Source: Antedon mediterranea
Lineage: Eukaryota > Animalia > Echinodermata
Direction: 5' to 3'
DNA length: 64,000 nt
Assembly: GCF_964355755.1 (NCBI RefSeq)
Contig: NC_092671.1
Location: 26,362,070 to 26,426,069, forward strand
Shown here: in pieces, positions 13,801-25,800 of the stretch
Layout of the letters: each line of letters begins with the position of its first letter
How positions within the stretch are numbered: position 1 is the stretch's first letter
Notes under the pieces: generated by a model
Told to the model about the DNA's origin: nothing
The model's input: the letters and a program-made list of their open reading frames with translations, nothing else
Database searches by the model: none
Program-made: the position numbers and the translations under genes

Positions 13801-16800
13801 TTTCATGTTTTGAAGTATAATAATAAGTCCAATTTCCGGGACCTCCAACTCTATTTTTCTAAATTTTCTTTGAACTTTTATTTTTTAAATTGAAAAATAT
13901 GGATTGAAACAGTCATCGCGCATCGTTTTTTTGCACGCAGTATTTTATTTATGCATTATAAAAAATGGAAAAAATAGCTACCCTTAATCTGATTAAAATG
14001 ACCTCAAATGACGCTAGAAGGCGTTGCTTCCGGGGCTTCGCCCCCTGGACCCCACCGGGGGCCGTGGCGGCCCCCTGGCCCCCAGTCTAGTGATGCTCGC
14101 TTCGCTCGCATAGCCCCCTCGTCGGGGAATATAGCCCCCGCGTCGGGAAGATCCTGGCACCACCGCTGGAGAGTACTCTACTACTCTAGACTATTCATAT
14201 CAGTTATCCGTGGGTCTCTTATTTTATAGCAAAAATATCGCAGTATAGCCTAAATACAGTATTATTATTATTATACAGTAATAGTAGGGTAAATGATGTT
14301 GCACCTTCAGTTTTTTGGACATGATGAATAGTGTGTGTCACGACGGTGGAGGCAGCAAGCAAATCAAACTTGTTACGTACACGCATATTAACCGATAGTT
14401 CGCACACAAGCGCGCGCTGTTGGATGTATCATATCTGTACAACAGCACGTGTGCTTTGTTTTGTCTAGACAAATATTAAACGTGTCTGTTGAGCTATCGT
14501 GTTTCTGCAATAAAACAGACTGACAGAAGAAGTTACCCAGTTTCAAATCTAAAAACTTTTTTTTTTACTTTTTCATTTACAATTTTTTTTTTTCGTGTTG
14601 ATGACGTTAAATCCGCGCCTGAAAACATTGATGACTTGTACAGACTATGCGTTTGTTTTGCAGCCAACAAGCTTTTAATTAACAACTAAAACTAATTACA
14701 GACTATTTCATAGTCATAAAAAGAAAATAATCATACATTACATCTGTATCACAAGTTATCTGGCATGAAATCACCTTTGTTCCTTTGATATTCAAATACT
14801 CTATATATCTGAAATGTTTTTTTTTATATAATATTTTACATTCTGAATATGACTTCATTAATTTCGCTATTTATTTGAATGTTTTTCATAAACTACCATA
14901 TACATTTAATAATCTAAATTGCAATCATATTGATATTTTTAATGATAGGCTTGGTTATTTTAAGAGGAAGATTACGTGTTCGCTTCTTGAACAGCCTGCA
15001 TAACCTGTTTGATCAATATACATTTTAAATGTTTATGGCATGCTGATCTATGTTTATATATATTTATATTACATAGCCTATGTAAATACGCGAACGTGAT
15101 TGGTTGAAACTGCATCACATGACTACCGCTGCGACGTATAACGATGATATTGACTGAGTAATTTTCGCGTAATTATCGTGTCCCTGTCCATTAATCATAT
15201 ACATTCTCGAGTACGATGATATTGACTGTGTAATTTTCGTGTGGCAACACTCGCGTTTGCCGATAAATAAACAAAAGTCATCTACTGGGTCTTGAACTCG
15301 CGATGAAATTGTCACTCCGCCACGGAACTTGCTTGAAGAAATTAATCATCTAAACTATTTAAACTATGCATACATAGCGCCCTCATTTATTATTAGTCCT
15401 CCCTAGATGTGATGAAACATCGTTTGTGATTGGTTAATACTCACAGTAGTAACCGATACGCGCGCGACGCACTGAACATCCGGTGATTCGGCTCGAAGAG
15501 AAGACGAATTATTATTTATTTGGCCTACCTGATAATAATATTATTATTAATGTAGGCTTATTGATGGAAATTCTTCTGATATCATTTAAATGACCTAGGC
15601 TAGTGAATATTTTATTGCCAAGGAATCATTAATTAGTAATTATCTGTATATTATTCTTCGCAAGGTAAGGTGTCTAGGCAGCTTGTTTCTCCTAGCCTAG
15701 AGCTTCACCTGACCCAGCAGACTTGTTCTTGGCTATGTAATATAACAGATATCGCCTTTTATATCGGTAAAATATAAGATTTAACATCCCCTCGGGGTGA
15801 TATTATGTTCTCGGGGAATTATATATATCCCTCAGCTGCCGCTTCGGGATATATAAATTCCCTCGAACATAATATCATTCCCTCGGGGATGAAATTTTAT
15901 ATTTCACCTCTAAGCAGGCAATATCTGTATAATATTTTAACTGTTTTTGATGTTGTATTGTTCTATGTTTCAAACCTGTTAGTGGCGATAATTATTGCTG
16001 TTCAATCAATGTAAAAATCATTGCTCATAGTTCTAATATCAGTTTCAACTATAGTAATGATTCAACACAAATAAGTTTAAATTGTAATGTTAGAGTAAAA
16101 AACACACAAGGAATAACATTCATTACAGAATATGACTTACAGCAAGATAATCTCGGTCTCTTTCAATCAAGTCAGCCAGGCGATTGAGAAGCTCTCCACG
16201 ATTAGATGCATCCATTGTTCGCCATGGAGACCCAAAGCGAAAGGCTTCCTTAGCAGCATTCACAGCGATGTCTACATCAGCCTTTTTAATTAAAAAAAAT
16301 AAAACCAATATTAATATTAAAATTAAAATATACTCTCCACCTCCCAACAAAGACTGCCATGTTAACTAAAATAATAATAAAATGCTATTGAGTGGCTCTC
16401 CAAGCAATTATGGGGAGGCAGAGAGTAAAAAATGATAACAAAATTAAAACTAGAATAAAGCTACAGTATATCAGAAATTTCCAATTTTGTTAAAAATGTC
16501 CATTGATTATATACATCTAAAATATAAATAATATATACAGTAATTAATAACAATTACAAAATAATATTTATATTTCACTTTCATTTAAAAAAATACAAGG
16601 GAAATTGTGCTATTTTAATAGCCAAGGAAATAAAAAAGAAAGTTTTAATACCTTTAAATACCAATGACGTTTCACTTATGGTGAGACCTCATTTATTTAT
16701 ATAAAGAAAAATATATTACATATTTTTTTTAAATTACAATTTCGTATATTAATCAATAACTGGCTCCATTTTCAAATACTGTAAGTAAAGTGCTTAAATC

Positions 16801-19800
16801 TAGATCCTAATACTCCAGAAAGTTCTTTTCGAGTTTTGAAAAGAATAGAATAATAGATAGTTACTATAATATTTTTAACTTGTCGTACTGTTTTTGGTAA
16901 TCCTGGTGAGTAACTATAAATTATAGAATTCCTAATAATAATATAGACTACAGTAGTACCTTGTCTCCTTCAGCTACATGGCAGATAATGTCACCAGTAG
17001 ATGGATTGACAGTTGGAAATGTCTTGCCACTCACAGCATCATGCCATTCATTGTTAATAAATACCTGAAAAACAATTCATTTCATTTAAATACAATTTCC
17101 CTGTACATTATACAATTTATACACACATCATATTATATTATGCAGCCACAACAACTGATGACACACAAATCATATCTTCTTTTGGCAGCCAGATAATATC
17201 CGAAGAGGATTTAAGGTTTGGTTTCTAAAAAAAAATATTCTTTTTGTGAAAATTCCTTAATGCTTCTGTTAAAAGTATATAAAGTGCTAGTTTTAATTTC
17301 AGGAACTGTAAAGAGTAAACTGTACACACTAGATCTATTTCCTGATCTTATATTTTCAATTCCGACAAAAAACAGTATTGCTTCTACTTAGAACTGTTTA
17401 TCAGGAACTATAAAGTGTACATCTAATATTTTCAATCCTGTTAAAAGGAAGTGGCTTTTACTTAGAACTGTTTATCTACTGTATAAGGTGCATACACTAT
17501 CAAGACAAAAGGCAATTGCGCTACCTGTTTTACTGAAAAATAGTATGGACTTCAAGATCCACACACTGCCGACTTAAACTACTAATTTCAACCCATCGTT
17601 TCCCACACTTGTGCTACCAAGTCATCAGAAATTTTATACCCCATAAATGCTGCACCTCCCCATATTTCCCCATACTACCAGGACCATGAAAATATACTAA
17701 GAGTGACTTCAAATTCAGAAAAAAACTGTAAAGTTGTTTCAAATTGTTTTAGGGTTTTAAAGCCGAGGGTAAATTTACACTGTTTTATCCCCTTTCTTTT
17801 ATTTTCAATTTTGCATTTGAAAAAAAGTTTGGAAGTTCAACATCGCAACAATTTTTTTTATTCAAGGTTTTTTTTTATTCAATTCAATTCAATAATACGA
17901 AAATTTACATTGTAGCCAAAGGCTAAATTGTGTAAAATTTTACAGAATATAGCACATATAAAAAATTTATCACATAAAAAGAACGTTTTATATCTTATAT
18001 CTTTCAGTAAATATATACCTCTGTTTTACAGTTGAAAGCGGGAAAAATTATATTCCCCAGATCTTAAAGGAAGAATTATGTAGAGTAAAGAAACGTTGGA
18101 AGACAAAATTTATTATTACTGATTATTTTCTAAATTAACAGTTATATGGTATAAGATAAGGTGAATGGGGACAGACACACAGTATCGGCCATCACATCAA
18201 CTAAAATGGGGCCGACTTTACACGGGACGGGACTGACTTTTGGCTGTTGGCTGAGATGGTTTAGCTTGGGTCCTTATGTTCACCTGCTTCCGGAAAAATA
18301 TTGTAGTTTCGACCCCAGGGGGTGGCCAATGAATGAATGGCCCAAACCTACCAACCGTCTGCGGGTGCCTGGATCTAGTACAAGTGACGTATGGACGGTT
18401 GGGGCAGACTAGAAATTGGATTTGTCCCAAGCGGGAAGAAGTTCCCAGATAGGTGGGTATATCTGGTGCACTTTTATAAACAGGGTGAATACAATATTGG
18501 CGCTGCGAACAAAAAGGATAATTATTCCTGGAATTTGTGTGTGCGATAGAAGACACACTTGTTATGCAAATTAGTTTCCAAGGTCGGTAAGAAAAGCATT
18601 TGCCGCGTTATTGCGGTACGGTGTGTTAGTATTAATTAATTGCATACATATATTTGTGTGTCTATTATTAGGATTGTTATAAATTAATATTTATTTCGCT
18701 TTTGGAAATCAAGAATCGATCTCCAGCGGCGGGGTTCAAAATTCCCGGTTTGGGGATAAAAGAGTACGGGGTTTCTTTAGTTAATGGTAGCTTCTGGATT
18801 ACCATGCCTATAGACGGTAATCGCATTCGAGTGAAAATTGTGTACACTCAAACAATTATGCGATATTCCGGGGATAGGAGTGGTTCGGGCGGACAAAATT
18901 TTGTCCCTTAGGACCAGATTAGATTAATATTTCATCCGTAATAGATTTAAGTTCTATTAAGGGTCTGAGTAAAAAGCCAGAGTTCTTAAGCAGATTCGAT
19001 TTTTCACCTAACCCTAGGTTGTCACCCGAAGACTTTAGTCGGATGTTGGGTTCTGTGTCTTCGTTGGTAGATGATCGTAATGATTTTAGTGTTCATTCCC
19101 CGGCCCGACATTTGGAATCTGAGGGTGGAGCTGATAGGGGAAGCTCTGGGGAAAAGGGAGCAGATTTGGATAGTGCTCACCATAGATTGGGTGAAATGTC
19201 TCCGATGGTCGGCGGCAGGGTTCGGCATCATCTGGGTTTGCAGGGGTTAGTAAGGGCGCCGATGCAATTAAAAGTGCTCTTAAGACGGTGGTTCCCGGAG
19301 ATGACAATACTCGTTCACGGAAAACTGAGCAAAAGCTTCAGTTTATGTCTTTTAGGGAATTCTCTCTTTCTCCAGAAAACCAGGAAGGGGGTTATTCTAG
19401 TGGGGAGGAGGCTCAAGTGGGTTCCGCAGAAGAGTACGCAGCAACTCTCCGGTACAAGGCTGAGGAGATATCCTCATGTAGAGGGGGGGAAAGAGTTTAG
19501 CGGGAATAAAGGATATGGGGCTCCGGTATTTCAAGGGGGATATCGGCTTCCCAGGGTGAGTCTCAAAGGGACGAGGTTGGTACAGGCTGACAATGGGCAA
19601 ATATGAGAGAGGGTAACACATGGGGTGGAAATAGATCAGGGAACGGGTTCCATAGGGATGGCACTTGGGACCGTCCTGAATATCGTCCAAAGGATGAAAG
19701 ACCAAGACCCTCACCTACTGTACCTTGCCTAATCGTCAGGAAGCGGATTGGACTTCAGACCGATCCGGGATCCGAGTCTCTGTATGGATGGCCATCCGGT

Positions 19801-22800
19801 CGTCAACGGGAGGGGCCAGGTTGTCAGGACTGGGACCGTTCATGGGTCGTTCCACAACCCTGGGGTAGATATGAAGAGAGGCCAGTATTACACCAGGACC
19901 GAAGGGATAGGGGTCCAAGGGCCGGGTCAGGGGGTAGGCCAAGATGGGAACCTTTCCGATCTAAGGATGTCCCGAGAAGCCTGGTATATAGAGGAAAGGA
20001 TAACTGGGCTTTCTTTAAACGTAGATTTAGGGCCTTTTCGGAAGAGCATCATCTTTCGCCCTGGGAAATGAAGGAGACTTTGCGTGGAGGGGGCTGCGGC
20101 GGACCTCTACACCAATTTAGTAACAATGGATGGAGACATTTCCTTTTGGGACATAATTCAGGCCTTTGACCAACGGTTTACGGAGGATGAACTTCCCAAG
20201 GTCCTCCAGGCCAAACTAGAGACCGCATCCCAACATGAAACAGAGACAGTAGGGAAATGGGCCGATTGGGTATTAACCCTAACTAGGAAAGCTTTCAAGT
20301 CGCTTTCCAATGAATGGATACAGAGACATTCAGCTATGAAGTTCTGTATTTGGTGCCATAATACGGGGGTGGGAAAATTGGTACTTTTTGAAAACTGCGC
20401 GACTATGTCCGTGGCGCTTAGAAAGTATGACAAATTTAACAGCCTCCAATCTCTTTATGAAATAAAAGTGAGGAAAAGAAATAACGTCACTACCACCCCA
20501 GGCAAGGTCTCCAACGGTCTCGACTAGGCCGACGATACAATCATGTCCGCTTTCCTCTATTCTTGTCCAACCGGAGGAGGACAACGATAGTGAGGAGGAT
20601 CCAGTAGTCCGGTTAGTCGAGCGTAGGCCAGGGATAGAAAATAGGGGATTTTACAGACCACAACCTAGAGGTGGGTCCGATGCACGTCCGGGTGGGTTAG
20701 GTAAGAGGGTTATGGCAATAGAGGCGGATTTGGCCCAGGTTAAAGGGTTGTTAAAAAGGGTCTTGGAGATAGTAGAGGGTGGGGATCGATTGGGTGGGGG
20801 TTCAGGGCCGCCACCTCCTCCCCAATCCACTACTACTACCTGGGACCACTGCTTTGAATGTAATGAGGTGGGTCATTTCAAAAGGGAATGTCCGAAATTA
20901 GCGCGGCAAGCCAGGCAGGTAGGGGAACAAGAAGATCCTTTAAACGAATAGGGGTCTGGGGTCGGGGCCTGACCACCGACTGCCAGCGTTCTGAAGGCTC
21001 GTGCGCTAAAAGGGAAGAGGTACAGGGGTACTCAGGGGTATCCGTGGACATAGTTAGCTTAAAGGAAAAAGAACCATGCATAGTGGTAAATAGGGTAGTG
21101 TCAACGAAGGCATTGCATGCCACAGTGTTTGTAAATGGGGTTCGCACGGTAGCTGTAGTAGATACTGCTGCCGATTACACAATTCTCTCAGACCGGGTAT
21201 TTGCCAAGCTGGACCCCGCCCCACCAATAATTGCAGAACTTTCCTTTAAATTAGCAGGGAGGGGGACTTCTATACCGGGGTACCGGGTAGGCCCAGTCAC
21301 TTTCGCATTAGGTTCCGAGGAGTATACCGAATACAGTATATGTACATGGCGCCGATTAATGACGATATGTTGCTGGGAGGGGATTTTTTGATACCCAATC
21401 GAGCTCTTATCGATTGTGGGAAGCTATATTACTATCTGTGGGAACAAGTACACTTTCGCTTCGCAAAGAGGCGGGGGAGGTTAGCCTTAGGGTTGCCCGG
21501 GTGACGGTTGGCAAGCGAGGGGTGCTTCCTCCGTTTTCGGCGGGATATATACTGTGCCGGTTAGACGTAACAGGGGAGCATCTCACCGATTATTTCATTG
21601 AGCCTGATAATCAGGGGAAAGTTTTAATTCCAGCCACCATTCATCGTGGTGGAACTGAGTTCGATAGGGCGAAACAACTGCTCATTGAGTTCCAAGATGT
21701 CTTTGCTGCCCATCAATTTGATATAGGGACTCTGAAGGGTATCAAGCATACTATTGATACAGGGGATGTGCCGCCAATCCGACAACGACTCCGACAAACT
21801 CCCATGCACTTCGCCGGGGAGGAGGAAAAGGATATCGACAGTGCGGTTCTGTATTGACTACTGGGCTCTAAATAATGTTACAATTAAGGACGCCTATCCT
21901 CTACCTTTGGTCTGGAATTATCTCGACGCTTTGCCGGGCAACACATGGCTTACCAAATTGGATGCCATATGGGGGTACTGGCAAATTAATATGGGGGAAA
22001 AAGATAGGAGGAAAACGGCGTTCATTAGCAAGTACGGGCTATTTGAATTCGTTAAAATGCCGTTCGGGCTATCAAATTGTCCAGCCTCTTTTCACGGGCT
22101 ATGGGTTTAGTACTGAGGGGGTTAGCCTGGGACACCGTTCTTGCATTTCTGGACGACATTGTAGTCATGGGACAGGATTTTGATGACCATTTGGACAATG
22201 TCCAACAAGTTTTAGAACGTTTCCGTGCAAGCAGCCTTAAAGCTCAAGCCAAAAATTTGTATCTTTTTCCAACGGGAGTTTGAATTCCTAGACCTGGTAG
22301 TGGGTGTGGGGATGCCTTATCGATTTCGCCTACGGATGTTACTGTAGTTCGGGATTGGCCTGTACCTACAGTACCTCGGTAAAGGAGTTGCAACAGTTCC
22401 TGGGACTGGCTAATTACCACCAGGAATTCATTGACCATTTTGCCGATAAGGCTGGCCCGTTGTACGAATTACTGGGTAAAGGGGTGCCATTTGTATGGGG
22501 GCCCGAACAGCAAGCTGCTTTTGCTGGCTTAAAGTTGGCTCTCATTACACCTCCTGTTCTCACTCTTCTCAATACCAGGGACGAATTCTTTTTAGATGTG
22601 GATGTGTCAGACCTGGCGTTAAGGGGAGAACTAATTCAAGTACAAGGGGGACGGGAGAGGGTAATTGCGTATGCTAGCACCCGTCTTACGGCGGAGCAGC
22701 GCAATTACTGTATGACCCGCAAAGAATTATTGGCGGTGGTGTATTTGACGCTCCATTTTTTCCACTATGTCATGAGTAGACCTTTGTGGGTTAGAACAGA

Positions 22801-25800
22801 CCATAGCAGCCTGGTCTGGTTACCGTCTTTCAAAAACCCCCAAGGGTAATTAGCTCGGTGGATAGAGGAACTCAGCTAATCTTGTCCTTGAACAGCGGAT
22901 GCATTATCCTGTCAGGCCAAACCGGTTCATCACTTTGAGCAGGGAGTTGACCCCGGGGATTTGCCTTGCGGGGGATGCGCTTATTGCGTCAGGACACATA
23001 GCCGGTGGGTCCGTTTCCGGGAAGACGTAGATGACGTAGTCCCGATTTCGCAAATCCGACGAATCGAACCGGACCCTAATGAGGAGGGGTTGGTGGACCC
23101 AGGTGGGACTACGATCGAGGTCGTACGGGGGGCTTTGTTCTGTGCCAGCAATTTGGCTCAGAGCGGTGTGGTTGGGGATGCTTGAGCAAGTTCAAGCTAA
23201 GATCCCGATTTAGTGGCTATCAGGGGATGGCTGGAATCGGGGAAACCGCCAGATGGAGATTATTTAGCTCCAGTCTGGCGACAAACACCTGTGGCTAAAT
23301 CGGGATGGGTTACATATCAGAGAGAACGGGTTGCTTTACATAGTATGTGTCAATATTTCGCAGCTTGTGCGCTCAATATTGACCGATACAAGTGCGCCGA
23401 TCGTTTTTAGTTACTTGCACCAGGCGCATGGCCGGGTGCCATGTTTTATTATGTCACAAGGAGCTAGTGAATCCTGTGAACCCAGTCTCATGGGCTGGGT
23501 AGCAACGCTAGCCGGATGACCCCCGGGTGACTACCTCCTTTTAAAAACCGGGGGAGTGTAGTATCGACCCCAGGGGGTGGCCAATGAATGAATGGCCCGA
23601 ACCTACCAACCGTCTGCGGGCGCCTGGATCTAGTACAAGTGACGTATGGACGCCATGCGCAGACGGTTGGGGCAGACCAGAAATCGGGGCAGTTTAGCCA
23701 CGGAGTTTGCCGTGGTTACAAGGATACGGCTAGTGCAGTCTAGTATCATAGTGATTTATAAACGGAATATATCAAATTGGATTTGCCCCAAGCGGGAAGA
23801 AGTTCCCAGATACTGTATACTTTTATAAACGGAGTGAATACAATAATATTAGAGAGGTTTCGATAATGAAAACGGATACGTCACGCACACGTATTCGTTT
23901 TCGTAGGCCATAAAAAAAATCTGTTTCGCATGACAACAAAATATTGAGGCGCGTCGAAAATATGACTGCGGTAAATTTGAGCGAAGCGCAGTACGTGTTG
24001 CTTGGTGCTTGGCTGCCTAGGCCTAGCATAACATCAAAGCGAGTGAGGACTTTAAAAACTGCTATTTATCAAAATTGACTTTCCATTTTAGTAAATTACT
24101 TTAGTAATTTACTTTCAATAAATCTATAATTATATTATAATCATGAATCATTCCTGATTGAAATGCAAAATGTGCAAAATAGATCAAAAACTATACTCGT
24201 TTTGTAGTTACGAATATGACTGGTGATATTCGTCAACACGAATACGCTTTACAAATATGAAATGGGGATCAGCTCAAAAGTTTCACAAATGTATGACGTA
24301 TCCGTTTTCGTTATCGTATTCGTAAGGTTGCGAAACCTCCCTATTATTTATTTAGATAACATGGTATGTTTCGGCGCTACTGCAGTTTCGCACCACATTG
24401 TTAAATCTTCGATTTATCGCTTAATTTTTTCTCACACCCACATCATACAATTTTGGGCCATTATGTAACATGTTTCCATGATTTAGCCACCGTTATATTT
24501 ACCTTTATCACAATAAAAAATGCCTTTCAAAACAGCTCCATTTCCGCGAATACCTCGATCGAACTGTGGCCATTTTAGAATCAGAAAATTGCCAGAAATC
24601 AATGTATGTTTTATTTTCTGTTTTTATTTTTAAACTGCAAAGAGTGGTTTTTATAAAGAACCAGCTAGCTGTACATATCAAAACGGCAACGATATGAGTC
24701 TATACATAAAACATTGATAGGACCTATTAATATGAATAACAATACTAATATTAATAATGAAATATTAATTAAACCTCTTTTTCGCCAGCTGAAAATATTT
24801 CTTGCCTTTCAAAACTAAATAGGCCTAGGCCTATATATGTGTAATCGGATTTTATAACACTGGCCTCTATAGTTTCTACATTTTTTGGGGAAAACGAAGC
24901 ATACATTCTGGCAATTAAGTGATAAATATAATAAGATGGCGAACATTTCGCAGTGTGTTGACATCAAGTTCAGTATTGTTTAAAATGTTTTGAAAAGTAT
25001 TGTTATTTAAAAAAAATTACTTCGTAAGTGGTCGAATCGTATAAACATGTTACATAATATTATGATGATTGTGAGTGTGATGAAAAAGAAAAATTTAGGT
25101 GAGAAATCGAAGATATAACGGTGTGGTGCGAAACTGCAGTAGCGCCTACAGTATGTTTCCTTTTTATAATGCATGCTAAGATTAAATTAATGTAGCTGCA
25201 GTTGTTTCTTTTTTGTACAATTATTTTAATAAATAGGTTTGGTGGTAAAATAATGTAAAAAATGTTTTTACAAAAAAAAAACAATTTTCTGGAGGCCTAA
25301 TATTTAATATTTTTTTCTGATTTCTCTATTATATAATGCATGAATGGCGAGCCATATAAATCTGTCTGTGGCCGAAACAACTGTCTGTGGCCCGAAACGG
25401 TCAGATGCCATTCCAGTCTGGTCCAGCAGACTCACCTAAACGATTAATATAACGCCGTGGTTAGGATTCCGGCACCGGAACTCAACTGCCCACCGTTAGG
25501 GAATCCGACACGCTATTGCGCATGCCCAGAGCTCTGGGAAGTGAATTATAGCTTGCGCTAATAGTGCCACACACACCACACCACCGCCGAGAGTCGGAGT
25601 GTTATAGGGATTTACTGTAGCCTAGATAGTCGTTGCGCGAGCGAGAGAGCGATGGATGAAACTTGGCCTATGCCATACATGAATGAATGAATTAATAAAT
25701 AAAATAATACTACGCCACGCGTTAAAATAATCATAATGATATTAATAAGTATCAGTATCTATATAAGAATCGTAATGCTGTTTTTAGCGTTGCGACCCTG

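Larger units (their letters stand above)
18302..23842 (+). mobile_element. Ty3/Gypsy LTR retrotransposon, decayed, integrase core missing; antisense within ALDH2 intron 1
   Basis: Two homologous TGTA...TACA LTRs, PBS, PPT, gag CCHC knuckle, protease, RT and RNase H in Gypsy order; many stops and frameshifts; flanks ATAT/ATAA are an imperfect TSD. Confidence 0.93.

Noticed and set aside
19019-19606. 195-aa ORF upstream of gag as an extra retroelement gene
   Set aside because: Non-ATG start and no motif; most likely frameshifted gag N-terminus or leader.
25430-25494. Minus-strand TAG|GTGAGT donor as an alternative ALDH2 first exon
   Set aside because: All three frames upstream contain stops and there is no credible start.
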